64,000 bases of DNA from an uncultured archaeon (GTDB lineage Archaea; Thermoproteota; Nitrososphaeria; Nitrososphaerales; Gagatemarchaeaceae). Below the pieces are notes generated by a model. It searched no databases, was not told the origin of the DNA, and saw nothing but the letters and a program-made list of their open reading frames with translations. Every line of letters starts with the position of its first letter. Position 1 is the first letter of the stretch. A program made the translations under genes and the position numbers. Shown in pieces: positions 45,175 through 55,927 of the stretch. The stretch is taken from contig CAWCYD010000003.1 in the NCBI GenBank assembly GCA_963799775.1, positions 1,952,001-2,016,000 on the forward strand. Direction: 5' to 3'.

Positions 45175-46959
45175 CTTGCGGACGTTTCTCTCCAGCACAC
45201 GCTGGACGACGACCATCGCCGAGATTGCGCAAATGAGGATCAGGAAGAGGACGACGCAGCCCGCCGCGAAGGACTGCTCCGACCCCGGGTTCCCGCTCGA
45301 GTAGAAGCTCCACAGGAGCGTCGAGAAGAGCTGGTTGCTCGACGACTGGAGGAGGAGCACGGCGCCGAGGGCGTTGAAGCTCCCGATGAAGACGTAGAGC
45401 CACGCGCCTGCGATGCTGGGCCTCGCGAGTGGGAGGAAGATCCGCCTTATCGTCGTTGTGGCGCTCGCGCCCGAGGCCCGCGCGGCCTCCTGAAGCTCCA
45501 TCTGGACCTGGACCACGCCGCCGCTTATCGACCTGATCCCCTGCGGCAGGAGGCTCACCGTGAGCGCGATGACCATCACCCCAAGCGTCCCGTAGAGGCC
45601 CGTCGGGATGGTGAGGAACGCCCAGAGCAAGCCGAAGCTCAGCACTAGCGCCGGGATGGAGATGGGGAACATCCCCAGGCCTTCCAGAAGGCCGCGCCCC
45701 CTGATCTTGGTTCTCCTCGCCGCGAAGACGATCGCCAGGGCGACCATCGAGATCACGCTGGCCGAGACCACCGACGCGATGATGCTGTTGCTCAGCGCGG
45801 GGAACGCGCCCGAGCTACCCGAGAGGAGGAACTTGAAGTTGGCCAGTCCGATGTTCCCGAAGAGGTTGTAGGGGTTCCAGCCTGGGACGAGCGAGAGCAG
45901 CGTGATCGTGAAGAGGGGGAGCGCCACCGCGAGCAGGAGGTATGCCACCAGGATCACCAGCGCCAGATACTTCCATCTCCCGAGGGAGAGGGCCCGCCCG
46001 CTCGAGTATCCCCTGCCCGTGACGACCTCGAACTGCCTGGAGTGCCCGAGCGACCTGTTGTAGAGGTAGACCATCGCCATGACTATCAGGAAGAGGAGCA
46101 CAGACTCTGTGCTCGCCTTCGCGTAGTTCGGGAGCCCTCCGTAGAGGTTGTCATAGACCGAGGACATCATCACGGTTATCCCCGCGGGGAGGCCTATCAT
46201 CGTAGGGGTCTCGAAGGAGCCGGCGGAGAGGGTGAAGCAAAGCAGGAAGGCCGAGAAGATGGCGGGGGTCATGAGGGGTATCGAGACCCTGACGAGCGTG
46301 TTGAGCACCCCCGCCCCGGATGACCTGCTCGCCTCCTCCAGGGACGTGTCCATGTTCCGCATCGAAGCGGCGATCGTGAGATACGCGAACGGGGTCAGGG
46401 CCATCGCGCTGGCGAATATCATCCCCGGCCAGCTGAAGATGTTGAAGGTCGATGCGGAGAGACCTATGTCGTGGGCCACTAGGTTGAGGAGGCCTGCCCT
46501 CCTCGCGAAGACGTAGATCCATGCCTGGTTCGCGATCAGGACGGGGAAGGCCAGCGAGAAGTATGGGAAGTAGAAGAGGACCCGTCGGAAGGGGGTGTCG
46601 GCCCTCACCGTGATTAGCCCGAGGAGCGTCCCCAGGGCCACCGCTATCGTCGCTGCGCTGCCCGCGGCGATGAACGTGTTTAGCACGGTCGAATATGTCT
46701 CGCCGTAGCTCAACAGGGCCTCGTAGTTCGCGAGGGTGTAGCGGCCTGAGAGCCCCGGCTCGCCGCTCCAGAAGCTGCTCTGGATCGTGAAGAAGACTGG
46801 ATAAAGGATGAAGACCGCGAGGACGGCGATTCCCGCAAGGAGAGCTATCGTGGAGAGGCTACGGATTGATGACTTTCCCGCGTTCGCCGTCAACGTGGCC
46901 CCGCTCCCCTTGCGGTCCCCCGCGACTAGGACTTCATGAACTGGAAGGTCTGCGCCCAC
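45166..46959 (-). CDS. ABC transporter permease (FbpB/iron(III)-type, two EAA repeats)
   Basis: LEEASRSSGA and LQEAARASGA loops; start uncertain. Confidence 0.9.
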   Translation of the reverse strand: MGADLPVHEVLVAGDRKGSGATLTANAGKSSIRSLSTIALLAGIAVLAVFILYPVFFTIQSSFWSGEPGLSGRYTLANYEALLSYGETYSTVLNTFIAAGSAATIAVALGTLLGLITVRADTPFRRVLFYFPYFSLAFPVLIANQAWIYVFARRAGLLNLVAHDIGLSASTFNIFSWPGMIFASAMALTPFAYLTIAASMRNMDTSLEEASRSSGAGVLNTLVRVSIPLMTPAIFSAFLLCFTLSAGSFETPTMIGLPAGITVMMSSVYDNLYGGLPNYAKASTESVLLFLIVMAMVYLYNRSLGHSRQFEVVTGRGYSSGRALSLGRWKYLALVILVAYLLLAVALPLFTITLLSLVPGWNPYNLFGNIGLANFKFLLSGSSGAFPALSNSIIASVVSASVISMVALAIVFAARRTKIRGRGLLEGLGMFPISIPALVLSFGLLWAFLTIPTGLYGTLGVMVIALTVSLLPQGIRSISGGVVQVQMELQEAARASGASATTTIRRIFLPLARPSIAGAWLYVFIGSFNALGAVLLLQSSSNQLFSTLLWSFYSSGNPGSEQSFAAGCVVLFLILICAISAMVVVQRVLERNVRKSA

Positions 46960-48113
46960 GCTGTCGCGCTGGTCGCGAGCACAGGGGTCGGGAAGTAGAT
47001 CTGCGGGGCGTTGATCGCGCCTGGGTCGAAGGTGGCAATCTCAGACTTTAGCGACCACTTTGCGTTCACGTTCTGGTTCACGGGTGTCCTGACGTTAATG
47101 TTTCCCCAGGCGGCCTGCCCCGCGGGCGAGGCCATGAAGTCGACCAGGAGCTTCGCGGCGTTGGGATGGAGCGCGCCCTTGAGGATGGCCGCGCTCGAAG
47201 GAGTAAGCATGAGCGGGAGACCTGTGATGTTCAGGAACTTCAGCGGCTGACCGGCTTGGATGTCCGGGGCCGCCTCTTGCATGTATCCGCCGACGCAGAT
47301 GGCGAACAAGCCCTGGGCCACGTCGTTCATGCAGCTCGTCGTGGTCGGGACGATCGTCGGAGAGGTCGCGTTCTTCAGGTCGTGCAGGAACGTGTAGACC
47401 GTGTTGTTGCCCAACGCGTTGGCGAGAGACGCCCAGTATTGGGTGAAGGCCGTCCCGGTGGTCGGGTCGTCCATCACGACCTCTCCCTTGAACTGGGAAT
47501 TGGCGACTTGGGCCATCGTCGTGGGCACGCTCGACGCGCTGATCATCTTCGTGTTATAGGCCCAGCCGAAGGCCAGCTCGATGACCGGCGTGCTCTGCTG
47601 GAGGGGGTCAGAGACGTTCTTCGGGAAAGCAGATGCATAAGGCGAGACGTATGGGGCGACCACGTTGTCCAACGGCTCCAGCTGGTAGAGTGTCGTCGCG
47701 GCCTGGAGCAAGATATCCGCGCTGTGGCCCTTGCTCGACAACTCTGACTCCACCTGCGGCACTGCCTGCGGAGGCTGGAGCGAGGTGTATGACACCTGGA
47801 TGTTTGGGTAGACGGCGTTGAAGGCCGCTGTGACGTTCGCGAACTGCTGCGCGGTCGGGCTTCCATAGAGAGTGACGCTCCCTTCTGCGAGCGCGGCCTG
47901 ATAGACGGCCGAGTCGTTCACGGTCGCCGTTGACGACGTCGTGCTCTGAGAGGTCGTCAAGGAAGTTGTCGAAGATGTCGACACGGTGCTCGTGCTAGAC
48001 GAGGTCGTCTTCGAAGAGTTGGAATTCAACGCGACGGCGCCGACGACTATGATAATGATGACCACAACCGCGGCGATAATGACCATGCTCGAGATCCCGC
48101 GTCTTGTTCGCAT
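46926..48113 (-). CDS. ABC transporter substrate-binding protein (FbpA/AfuA-like)
   Basis: Signal anchor, S/T linker, AALAEGSVTLY, AYNT, HPNAAKLLVDFMASPAGQ. Confidence 0.88.
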   Translation of the reverse strand: MRTRRGISSMVIIAAVVVIIIIVVGAVALNSNSSKTTSSSTSTVSTSSTTSLTTSQSTTSSTATVNDSAVYQAALAEGSVTLYGSPTAQQFANVTAAFNAVYPNIQVSYTSLQPPQAVPQVESELSSKGHSADILLQAATTLYQLEPLDNVVAPYVSPYASAFPKNVSDPLQQSTPVIELAFGWAYNTKMISASSVPTTMAQVANSQFKGEVVMDDPTTGTAFTQYWASLANALGNNTVYTFLHDLKNATSPTIVPTTTSCMNDVAQGLFAICVGGYMQEAAPDIQAGQPLKFLNITGLPLMLTPSSAAILKGALHPNAAKLLVDFMASPAGQAAWGNINVRTPVNQNVNAKWSLKSEIATFDPGAINAPQIYFPTPVLATSATAWAQTFQFMKS

Positions 48114-48158
48114 CAGCGAAATCGAGGGCTCGCAGAGCCTATAAGGGTTGCATTAGGA

Positions 48159-49286
48159 TTATTCTAACTGAAGCTGCTTCCTGAACTCGACGGCCGTGCC
48201 AGATGGCAGGACAGAGCAGTACTCCTTCGGCAACGTGACGGAGACCTGCTCGCCGTCCACGAACGAGATGCTCTCCGAAGGCTTCACGACCTTGATCTTC
48301 AGCCGGCCCCCCATGGACACGAGCACCTCGGAGAACGCCCCAAGGTATGAGGTGAAGTCGACCTTGCCGCGGAAGACGTTCGTCCCCGCCTCTACTCCAT
48401 TCCCCGCAGCAACGACGATGTTCTCGGGCTTGATGCTCACCACGACCTGGTCGCCCACTCCCACTGGGGTGGCCGGTTCGAGCTCGCCTTTCACGTCGCC
48501 CATCTCGGTGGTGACGACCGCCTCGTGTCCGGAGAGCCCGGACACCTCCCCAGGTATCAGGTTCGCCCTGCCCACGAAGGACGCGACGAAGTCGTTGGAC
48601 GGCTTGGAGTAGACCTCCCTTGGCCTCCCGGAGGCCATCACCCTGCCCGCCCGCATGACGACCACCTTGTCCGAGATGGAGAGCGCCTCCCCCTGGTCGT
48701 GGGTCACGTAGATCGTAGTTATCCCGAGGGACTTTTGTATCCTCCTGACCTCGACTCGCACGATGTCCCTCAGGCTGGTGTCCAGGTTGCTGAGGGGCTC
48801 GTCGAGTAGGAGCACCTCAGGGTCGAAGACCAGGGCCCTCGCCAAGGCGATCCTCTGCTGCTGCCCTCCGCTCACCTGCGTGGCAGGCCTGTCGCCTAGG
48901 CCCGTGAGCCTCACCATGTCCATCACCTCGTTGACCTTCTTCTCGACCTCATGGTTCGACGTGTGCCTGATCTTGAGGGGGAACGCGATGTTGTCGAAGA
49001 CCGTCATGTGGGGCCAGATCGCATAGGACTGGAAGACTATCCCGACCCTCCTCTTCTCCGGCGGCAGGTTCGTGTCCTGAGAGTAGACCGTGTTGTCCCC
49101 TATCGCTATCACCCCCCTGTCGGGTGTCTCGAGGCCCGCTATGCATCGGAGCGTGGTGGTCTTCCCGCACCCGCTCGGCCCCAGCAACGTCGTCAGCGTC
49201 CCCTTCTCAAAGTCGACCGTGATGTCGTCGACGGCCACGATGTCCCCGTATCTCTTGGAGAGGTTGCTGACCCTGACCCCTTGCAT
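48159..49286 (-). CDS. ABC transporter ATPase (FbpC/PotA-like, TOBE domain)
   Basis: GPSGCGKTT, VSGGQQQR, LLLDEP, VTHDQ. Confidence 0.93.
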   Translation of the reverse strand: MQGVRVSNLSKRYGDIVAVDDITVDFEKGTLTTLLGPSGCGKTTTLRCIAGLETPDRGVIAIGDNTVYSQDTNLPPEKRRVGIVFQSYAIWPHMTVFDNIAFPLKIRHTSNHEVEKKVNEVMDMVRLTGLGDRPATQVSGGQQQRIALARALVFDPEVLLLDEPLSNLDTSLRDIVRVEVRRIQKSLGITTIYVTHDQGEALSISDKVVVMRAGRVMASGRPREVYSKPSNDFVASFVGRANLIPGEVSGLSGHEAVVTTEMGDVKGELEPATPVGVGDQVVVSIKPENIVVAAGNGVEAGTNVFRGKVDFTSYLGAFSEVLVSMGGRLKIKVVKPSESISFVDGEQVSVTLPKEYCSVLPSGTAVEFRKQLQLE

Positions 49287-49345
49287 CCTTCTTCGATTCG
49301 GCGGCTTTTCTGTTTAAAGCATTGCCTAGGGCGACGACCGCGTCC

Positions 49346-49861
49346 TCACCTTAGGAAGAGCGCCATCTCGACCTCGTCCTGAGGCTCTCCATCGATGTAG
49401 TATTGCCTCTTCTTGACCCCTTCCACCTGGAACCCGAACTTCTCGTATAGCCTGTAGGCCTTCTGGTTGCCCGAGAATACCGCCAGCTGGATCTTCTCTA
49501 TGCCCTTCTGCGCCCTCGCCCACTCTAGGCTCCTCGCGATCAATTCCGTCCCGATCCCCATGCCCCGATGTCCTTTGATCACGAGCATGCCGAGGACGCG
49601 GACGTGGCTGGACTTCTTCACGTCTCCGTAGCGCGAGAGCGTCAGGCTCCCCACCAGATCGATGTCCTTCCCCTTCCTTACCTCGGCGACCAAGACGAGG
49701 CAATCCTTCCTCTTGAAGAGCCTCCCCATCGACTTCTTCCTCTCCGTGGTCACCTCTTCGGTGAAGAGGTATCTGCCCTCGTCCGCGACGGACTGGACGT
49801 TCTTCGCGAACTGGTCGAGGTCGGGGGCCTTCGCCTTCCTGACTCTCACTGCGCTGCTCAC
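49346..49861 (-). CDS. GNAT acetyltransferase
   Basis: GMLV..GHRGMGIG, NQKAYRLYEKFGFQVEG. Confidence 0.9.
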   Translation of the reverse strand: MSSAVRVRKAKAPDLDQFAKNVQSVADEGRYLFTEEVTTERKKSMGRLFKRKDCLVLVAEVRKGKDIDLVGSLTLSRYGDVKKSSHVRVLGMLVIKGHRGMGIGTELIARSLEWARAQKGIEKIQLAVFSGNQKAYRLYEKFGFQVEGVKKRQYYIDGEPQDEVEMALFLR

Positions 49862-50029
49862 TGGCAGACTCCCTGCCTCTCAATCGACGCGTCGCGATAA
49901 TAACCTGCTCGCTGCTCGCCGCCCATAGGCAACTGCACCAATCCCAATAAATACTCAAAGTGGTTCGGACGCCTCCTGCCCTCTCACATGGGCTCCGAAC
50001 TCGTCACACGAAGGTGCCCCAGCTAACCA

Positions 50030-51335
50030 ATGTCATCGATGGGAATGGCGATGAAGAGCCTGCGTCGCCGCAGGTTGCGGACCGCTTTCACAGTCTCCGG
50101 GATCGTCGTCGGAGTTGCTCTGATACTCGTCCTTCTTTCCCTCACCGGTGGGACACTCCACGCGAGCGAGCGGCCTCATCAACACCCTGTCCCCCGCCCA
50201 GATCACGGTCGTCAACGCGACGGGCAGGACCACGGGATTCGGCGGAGGGGGCTCGTTCACCTTCAGGGGTGGAGGCGGCGGCTTCGGCGGCCGAGGCTTC
50301 GGAGGTGCCCCGCCAGGCGGCGGGAACGTGACGTTCGGGTCGCTCTTCGGGACCTCCAGCACTCTCGATCAATCGGTCTCTGACGCGGTCGGCAACCTGA
50401 CGGGCGTCTTGGTGGCTTCACCCACACTTTCGACCACCGGATACGTCAACGGGACCGCCGCGTTACTAAGCGGCATCAATCCCGCCACGTACACAGAGGC
50501 GACGGGAGGGCTCAACATAGTAAACGGGACGACCCTCTCGAACTCTACCTCGAGCGACCAGATAGTCATCGGTCAGAGCTTTGCTGCGAGCTCAGGGCTC
50601 TCGGTCGGGTCTGTCGTGACGGTGGGAGCCAACAGCACCGGCGGTTCGCTGTACTCAGTCGTCGGGATTTACTCTACAGGCAACTCCTTCACGGAGAGGT
50701 TCGCATACATCCCACTGGCGAGCGCCCAGACGATCGCCAACGAGGCCGGAAAAATCTCGGAGGTCTACGTGAAGACGGACAATCCGAACGACGTGTCCCA
50801 GGTCACGTCCGAGATAAACACGTCCTTCCCCGGCGTCTCGGCGATTTCGCCGTCGAGTTTCACGGGGGCCGCGGCGTCGCTCTCGGGCACCCTCACGTCT
50901 TTCTTCACGATAATAGGGCTGGCGGCTCTCCTCGCAGGGGGCTTCGGGGTCGTAAACACAATGATGATGTCGATTAGCGAAAGGACCCGGGAGATTGGCG
51001 CGCTGAAGGCGATAGGGGCCAAGAAGGGGCAGATAATGAGAATCTTCATGAGCGAAGCCCTCCTCATCGGGATAATCGGGGGATTCGTCGGCGTCGCGAT
51101 AGGGGTCGCCGTCTCACTGGTGCTGCCATTCGTCACCGGGGCAGCGACATCGACAAGGTTCGGAGGAGGCGCAGGCCTCGGCGGCCTCTTCAGGGGCGCT
51201 CTCTCGCCCGTCGTCACGCCCGATATCGTCTTGCTCAGCCTCGGCCTCGGAATCGTGGTAGGCGTCCTTTCAGGAGTCTACCCCGCGTGGCGCGCTTCGA
51301 GGATGGACCCAGTGGAGGCGCTCCGCCATCTCTAG
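50030..51335 (+). CDS. MacB/FtsX-family ABC permease (frameshift ~50150)
   Basis: RRRLRTAFTVSGIVVGVAL; NTMMMSISERTREIGALKAIGA; YPAWRASRMDPVEALR. Confidence 0.9.
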
Positions 51336-51363
51336 CAAGAAAGGCGGCGCCGCCAAGGCAGAC

Positions 51364-52153
51364 GTGCAGGATGCCGCTCCGGCGGTTGCGACCACGAAGG
51401 ATGGCAGGCCGGTAGTCGTCCAGACGACCGACCTGGCGAAGCGCTACAAGAGGGGCAGGATCTCGGTGAACGCGCTCGACGGCGTCACGGTGACGATAGG
51501 CAAGGGCGAGATAATCGGGATAATCGGGCCCTCCGGGTCCGGGAAGACGACCCTCCTAAACCTCATCGGAGGCCTCGACAGGCCCTCACACGGCAAGGTC
51601 CTCGTGGACGGGGTCGACCTTGGGTCGCTGGGCGAGGGAGAGCTTGCGGACTACCGCCTGAAGAAGATAGGCTTCATCTTCCAATTCTACAACCTCATCT
51701 CCACTCTCACCGCGGTCGAGAACGTCGAGCTCCCCATGGCGTTCGCGCGCGTGCCCAAGGAGGAGCGGATGGGCCGGGCAAACGAGCTCCTCGAGACGGT
51801 CGGGCTGGGTCAAAGGGTCCACCACATGCCCCAGGAGCTCAGCGGCGGAGAGCAGCAGAGGGTCGCCGTCGCTCGCGCCCTCTCGAACAACCCCTCGGTG
51901 ATACTCGGAGACGAGCCGACAGGAGACCTGGACTCCAAGTCAGCGAAGTCTCTCATGGACCTCATCTGGTCCCTGAGGAAGGAGAAGAAGGTCACCTTCA
52001 TCCTGGTGACACACGATCCGATAGTCGTCTTGAGGTGCGACAGGGCGTACTCGATAAGGGACGGTAAGGTCCATCAAGGAGATCATCCCGAAGACCGAGG
52101 ACAGGAAACAGCTCTCCGACGAGGAGAGGGTAATGATGGACTCTCTCTTCTAA
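51364..52153 (+). CDS. LolD/MacB-type ABC ATPase (3' frameshift ~52070)
   Basis: GPSGSGKTT, FQFYNLI, LSGGEQQRVAVARAL, DEPTGDLD, VTHD. Confidence 0.92.
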
Positions 52154-52267
52154 GAGCACGCCAGCGCGACGAATCCTTCAAAGATGTTTTAATTGAGCAG
52201 GACCGGCTGCGGTCTCAGAAGGGCCTTGACATCTCCAGGTGGCAGACGTATCGAGCGCAAGGCTGCG

Positions 52268-54679
52268 ATGTCGGCACTCGCCGTCGCGGGGCTGATCTTG
52301 CTGGCCTCTTTCTCCTCCTCGTCCCTCTCCTCCCCGCGGTCCGCTCACGTCGCTCACGGGGCGGCTCTGTCTCCGTCTAGCAATTTTCGGCCCGCCTCCA
52401 TGAGGTTCTCTGCCTCCCAAACAGGCCCCGCTTTGGCGACCTTGACGGTCCCCACCTACGACGAGCAGATAGGGACGACCTTCACGCAGAACCTCGGCGC
52501 CGTGACCTACAACGTCACCGCCCTCGCGCAAACGGACGCCGACGGCTACGGGCCGGCCTACATCCTCAACGGCCTGACCAACGCCGGCTACTGGTATCAG
52601 GTGGGGATTTCCTACCACTGGCCCAGCGTGGGCGGAGGTTACAACGCCGGGTTCGCGTTCAGCTACCAGGTCTACGCGGCCGACGGGAGGTCGGCATACC
52701 CCGCCAGCGGGTCTGGGTTAGGCACGTTCTCCAAGGCGGTGCACTCGGGCGACAGCATGCTCCTCAGCCTGACCTTCATCGGGACCGCGGTCCAGATGCT
52801 CGCGCAGGACTGGCAGACGGGCGCCGTCGCGAAGACCAGCTTCAGCAGCGAGGGAGCCTCCAGCTTCGTGGGGAACCCGTCGAACCCATCCAGCAACCAG
52901 GGATACTTCACGGGCATAATGACAGAGTGGTACCACGTCGGCGAATACACCGGGAGCGAGGGGAAGGTGACATACACCAACACGGCGGTGGCGCTCAACT
53001 CCGCCTGGCTCTGGGCCGACGAGTTCCAGGCTGGAAGCACCGGCGGAGACGTCTTCTCCAACCGGACCCAGACCCCGGTGACCTTCACCAACGCGCAGCA
53101 GCTCTACCCATTCGTCTCGAACGGCGCAGCCGTATACGGCTCGGCCCACCAGATCATCACGGGACTTCTCAACTCGGCCGCGTCGAGAGTCACACTGGTG
53201 CCAGCAACCCCATCGACTGGAGCCGCATCGTTTCTCGCCACATACACGCTGGCCGGCCTGAAGCAGACGTCTGCTTTGGAGGGAGGGAACACTAGCCTTA
53301 TCGAGGCCGACCCGGGGACGACCGTGACACTCTACGTCAACTCATCGGGCTCGTCGCCGCTCATGAATTGGGTTCTCAGCGGCACTTCGGGCACCTCCGT
53401 CACCTTTGCTGCCGGGGCCAACGTCACCTATGTCTACTACGAGTTGGTCGAGGAGACAGTTTCGGTCGGAGCAGCCAGCGGTGGTTCCTTACCTTCCTTC
53501 CCAACGCTAACCTACGAAGTGCCTGCCCAGATTGCTGGGTCTCAACCTCTCAGTGTCCCTGTATCTCAGCTTCTGGGCACGTCGCCCGTCTCCATCTTCA
53601 CCATGGTCGGTTCCAGTGCCAGCGTCACGGCTAGCGTCTCAGGCGCTTCGAGCGGAGAGCGGTGGGGAACCGCAATCCAGAACTGGACGATTCTCAGTTC
53701 TCCTAACACAATCCCGAGTCCCATCCTCTACTACCACCAATACGTCATCACATTGCTTTACATGACTGTTGGAGGCGGAACTCCCCCCGAGGCGCCCCGA
53801 TTCACTTCCAACGCATTCGGGGTCGCCGCTACCGCCCAGTTGAACAACGTCAGTCAATCTAGCGTTTGCCCATCACAGCTGTGTTCTCCATCCACCCCCA
53901 TCTTGACCTCAAGTGGCTGGTTCGACGCCGGGAGTTTCGGGTCTTTCACGTCGCTCCTTAACGGGAGCAACCCCGCCGAGAGGTGGAGCCTCTCCAATAT
54001 CCGTCCAAACAACGTCTCTGGAGTCATAACAACGCCGCTGATGGTGCTTGTCTCCACACCCGGAGAGGTTGTGACCGGAGTCTATACCCACCAATACTAC
54101 GTCAGCTATGGCGTCAACGACCCCGATGGAGGGACAATCTCAGCCAGCTCTGGCTGGTTTGACGCTGGAAACAGGGTGAATGTGACCGCCACCGCCAACC
54201 AGGGATGGCAGTTGGAAGGATGGAACGGCACCGGCTACGCGGTATATACAGGGGGAAACCCTCCATTAATCGTCGGTGGACCCTTCAGCTTGAATGCCAC
54301 CTTCTACGCGGGGCTTTCAATCTCCGCCGACAAGGGAACCAACATCGCCTACTCCTACGGCTCCGAGAGCGGGACGGTGCAAGCCGGAACCGACAAGACT
54401 GTCTATGTTGCGCCGTCTTCTAGCGTCAGCTTCAAAGCGACCCCATCCGACTTTCTGCACTCGTTTGCTTCATGGAAGGGGACCGGGCTCGCAAACGCCA
54501 CCAAGCCCAGCCTGGCGCTGACGGTTAACCAACCGACCTCGATTGCGGGGACATCGACCTACAATTTGATAGTGCTCGTCGGCGGGTTGGCGGGCGCGGC
54601 GGTCATCCTCGCTCTCTCTGGCTTCCTCTGGATTCGCAACAAGCAAAACAGGGCGAACCCCGGCGGGTACGCTGCCTAA
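52268..54679 (+). CDS. Large secreted/surface protein with C-terminal TM anchor
   Basis: Signal peptide; N-terminal LNGLTNAGYWYQVG domain (peptidase-like, uncertain); repeated SGWFDAG beta modules; C-terminal TM. Confidence 0.8.
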   Translation: MSALAVAGLILLASFSSSSLSSPRSAHVAHGAALSPSSNFRPASMRFSASQTGPALATLTVPTYDEQIGTTFTQNLGAVTYNVTALAQTDADGYGPAYILNGLTNAGYWYQVGISYHWPSVGGGYNAGFAFSYQVYAADGRSAYPASGSGLGTFSKAVHSGDSMLLSLTFIGTAVQMLAQDWQTGAVAKTSFSSEGASSFVGNPSNPSSNQGYFTGIMTEWYHVGEYTGSEGKVTYTNTAVALNSAWLWADEFQAGSTGGDVFSNRTQTPVTFTNAQQLYPFVSNGAAVYGSAHQIITGLLNSAASRVTLVPATPSTGAASFLATYTLAGLKQTSALEGGNTSLIEADPGTTVTLYVNSSGSSPLMNWVLSGTSGTSVTFAAGANVTYVYYELVEETVSVGAASGGSLPSFPTLTYEVPAQIAGSQPLSVPVSQLLGTSPVSIFTMVGSSASVTASVSGASSGERWGTAIQNWTILSSPNTIPSPILYYHQYVITLLYMTVGGGTPPEAPRFTSNAFGVAATAQLNNVSQSSVCPSQLCSPSTPILTSSGWFDAGSFGSFTSLLNGSNPAERWSLSNIRPNNVSGVITTPLMVLVSTPGEVVTGVYTHQYYVSYGVNDPDGGTISASSGWFDAGNRVNVTATANQGWQLEGWNGTGYAVYTGGNPPLIVGGPFSLNATFYAGLSISADKGTNIAYSYGSESGTVQAGTDKTVYVAPSSSVSFKATPSDFLHSFASWKGTGLANATKPSLALTVNQPTSIAGTSTYNLIVLVGGLAGAAVILALSGFLWIRNKQNRANPGGYAA

Positions 54680-54695
54680 CCTTCGCGGGCGGGCG

Positions 54696-54965
54696 CTACA
54701 TCTTGGGCCTGGAAAATGCTGAGATGAGGGCGAGCACGATTATCGCGACCACAACCAGGCCGGCGGCGTATGTGAAGCGGATGAAGACGAAGGTCGAGAG
54801 GAGGGCGACGATCGCGCCGAACCCAGAGTAGTAGAGCCTCTCCTGCCTCCGCTCCATGGTCAGCCCGAACACCAGGGCCCAGAGCCCGCTGAGCAGCAGG
54901 ATACCCGCGATTGCCTCGCGAGCGTGGATTATCCGGAAGAGCAGGAGCGCGACGGGGACAAGCAC
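54696..54965 (-). CDS. Small membrane protein
   Basis: Hydrophobic helices; true start probably slightly upstream. Confidence 0.6.
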   Translation of the reverse strand: MLVPVALLLFRIIHAREAIAGILLLSGLWALVFGLTMERRQERLYYSGFGAIVALLSTFVFIRFTYAAGLVVVAIIVLALISAFSRPKM

Positions 54966-55058
54966 CGTGACAATCAGGCCGTATCCCAGACCGATACGTC
55001 TCAGCCCAGCGCACCTGTGCAGCGATTGCCGGGGGTCACTAAATAAGGTGACGTTGCG

Positions 55059-55298
55059 TTAAGGGAACTTCTCGGCGATCATCGTGTTGGTGCTCGTGAT
55101 GTTCGCTATCTTGCGGACCTCAGTGTTCACGACCTCGTTGAGTTCAGCCATCGTCTCAGCCTCCACAACCACCACGATGTCGTAGACCGCGTACACCTCG
55201 TAGACCTCCTTGACCCCCTTCACCATCTTCAGCTGCGCCACGGTGTCCTTGTCGGTCCCGACCTTCACGTTCATCATGACGAATGCGAGCACGCTCAC
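55059..55298 (-). CDS. Stand-alone Lrp/AsnC ligand-binding (RAM) domain protein
   Basis: AFVMMNV..G...GVKEVYEVYAVYDIVV...VRKI..ITSTNTMI. Confidence 0.88.
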   Translation of the reverse strand: MSVLAFVMMNVKVGTDKDTVAQLKMVKGVKEVYEVYAVYDIVVVVEAETMAELNEVVNTEVRKIANITSTNTMIAEKFP

Positions 55299-55393
55299 GG
55301 CAGGGGCCTCTAGTCCAAACCTCCAAGCACGGGTATAAAATGCGTCACTGGACTTAAGAGAGGCCCATCCTTGGGGATGCCTAAGGACTCGGA

Positions 55394-55879
55394 TTGGCTG
55401 TCAAGAAGCGACGGGAGACTCGAGGCAGGATGTGGATTGCCGTGGCCGTCGTCCTCGTGATAGTCATCATCGTCGTCGCGGTAGGGGTCTACGGAGGTTC
55501 CCTGGGCATCCCCGGCCTCGGCCATTCCAGCTCGTTGTCCTCTCAGGGTTCCTCCCTCTTCACGGTGTTGAACGTCACACTGAGCACCTTCCCGGCCATC
55601 GAGGACGCCCAATTCGGCTTCGGGGCCTCCGCCGTGGTATTCAACCACAACACGGTGAACATCTCGAACACGACTGTCGTGGTCAATTCGATCAACCTCG
55701 GGACTTGCACCAGCGGGATTCAGCCGGGACAGCAGTTCGATTGCAAGGTCGGACAGAGCGTCGCTTGCCAGAACGCCCCCTCCCTCCCCTACGCTGTCAG
55801 GGTGACGGTGACTTTCGCCGGAGGCGCGACCCAGTCCTCAACGACAACGATTAACACGGCCCTGACCTTCTTGTGCTAG
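55394..55879 (+). CDS. Membrane-anchored secreted protein
   Basis: Basic N-terminus + TM + beta-rich Cys-containing domain. Confidence 0.65.
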   Translation: MAVKKRRETRGRMWIAVAVVLVIVIIVVAVGVYGGSLGIPGLGHSSSLSSQGSSLFTVLNVTLSTFPAIEDAQFGFGASAVVFNHNTVNISNTTVVVNSINLGTCTSGIQPGQQFDCKVGQSVACQNAPSLPYAVRVTVTFAGGATQSSTTTINTALTFLC

Positions 55880-55927
55880 ATTCCCGCCCGCGCCACGTAG
55901 ACACCAAAGCCATCACAATTATTACCG

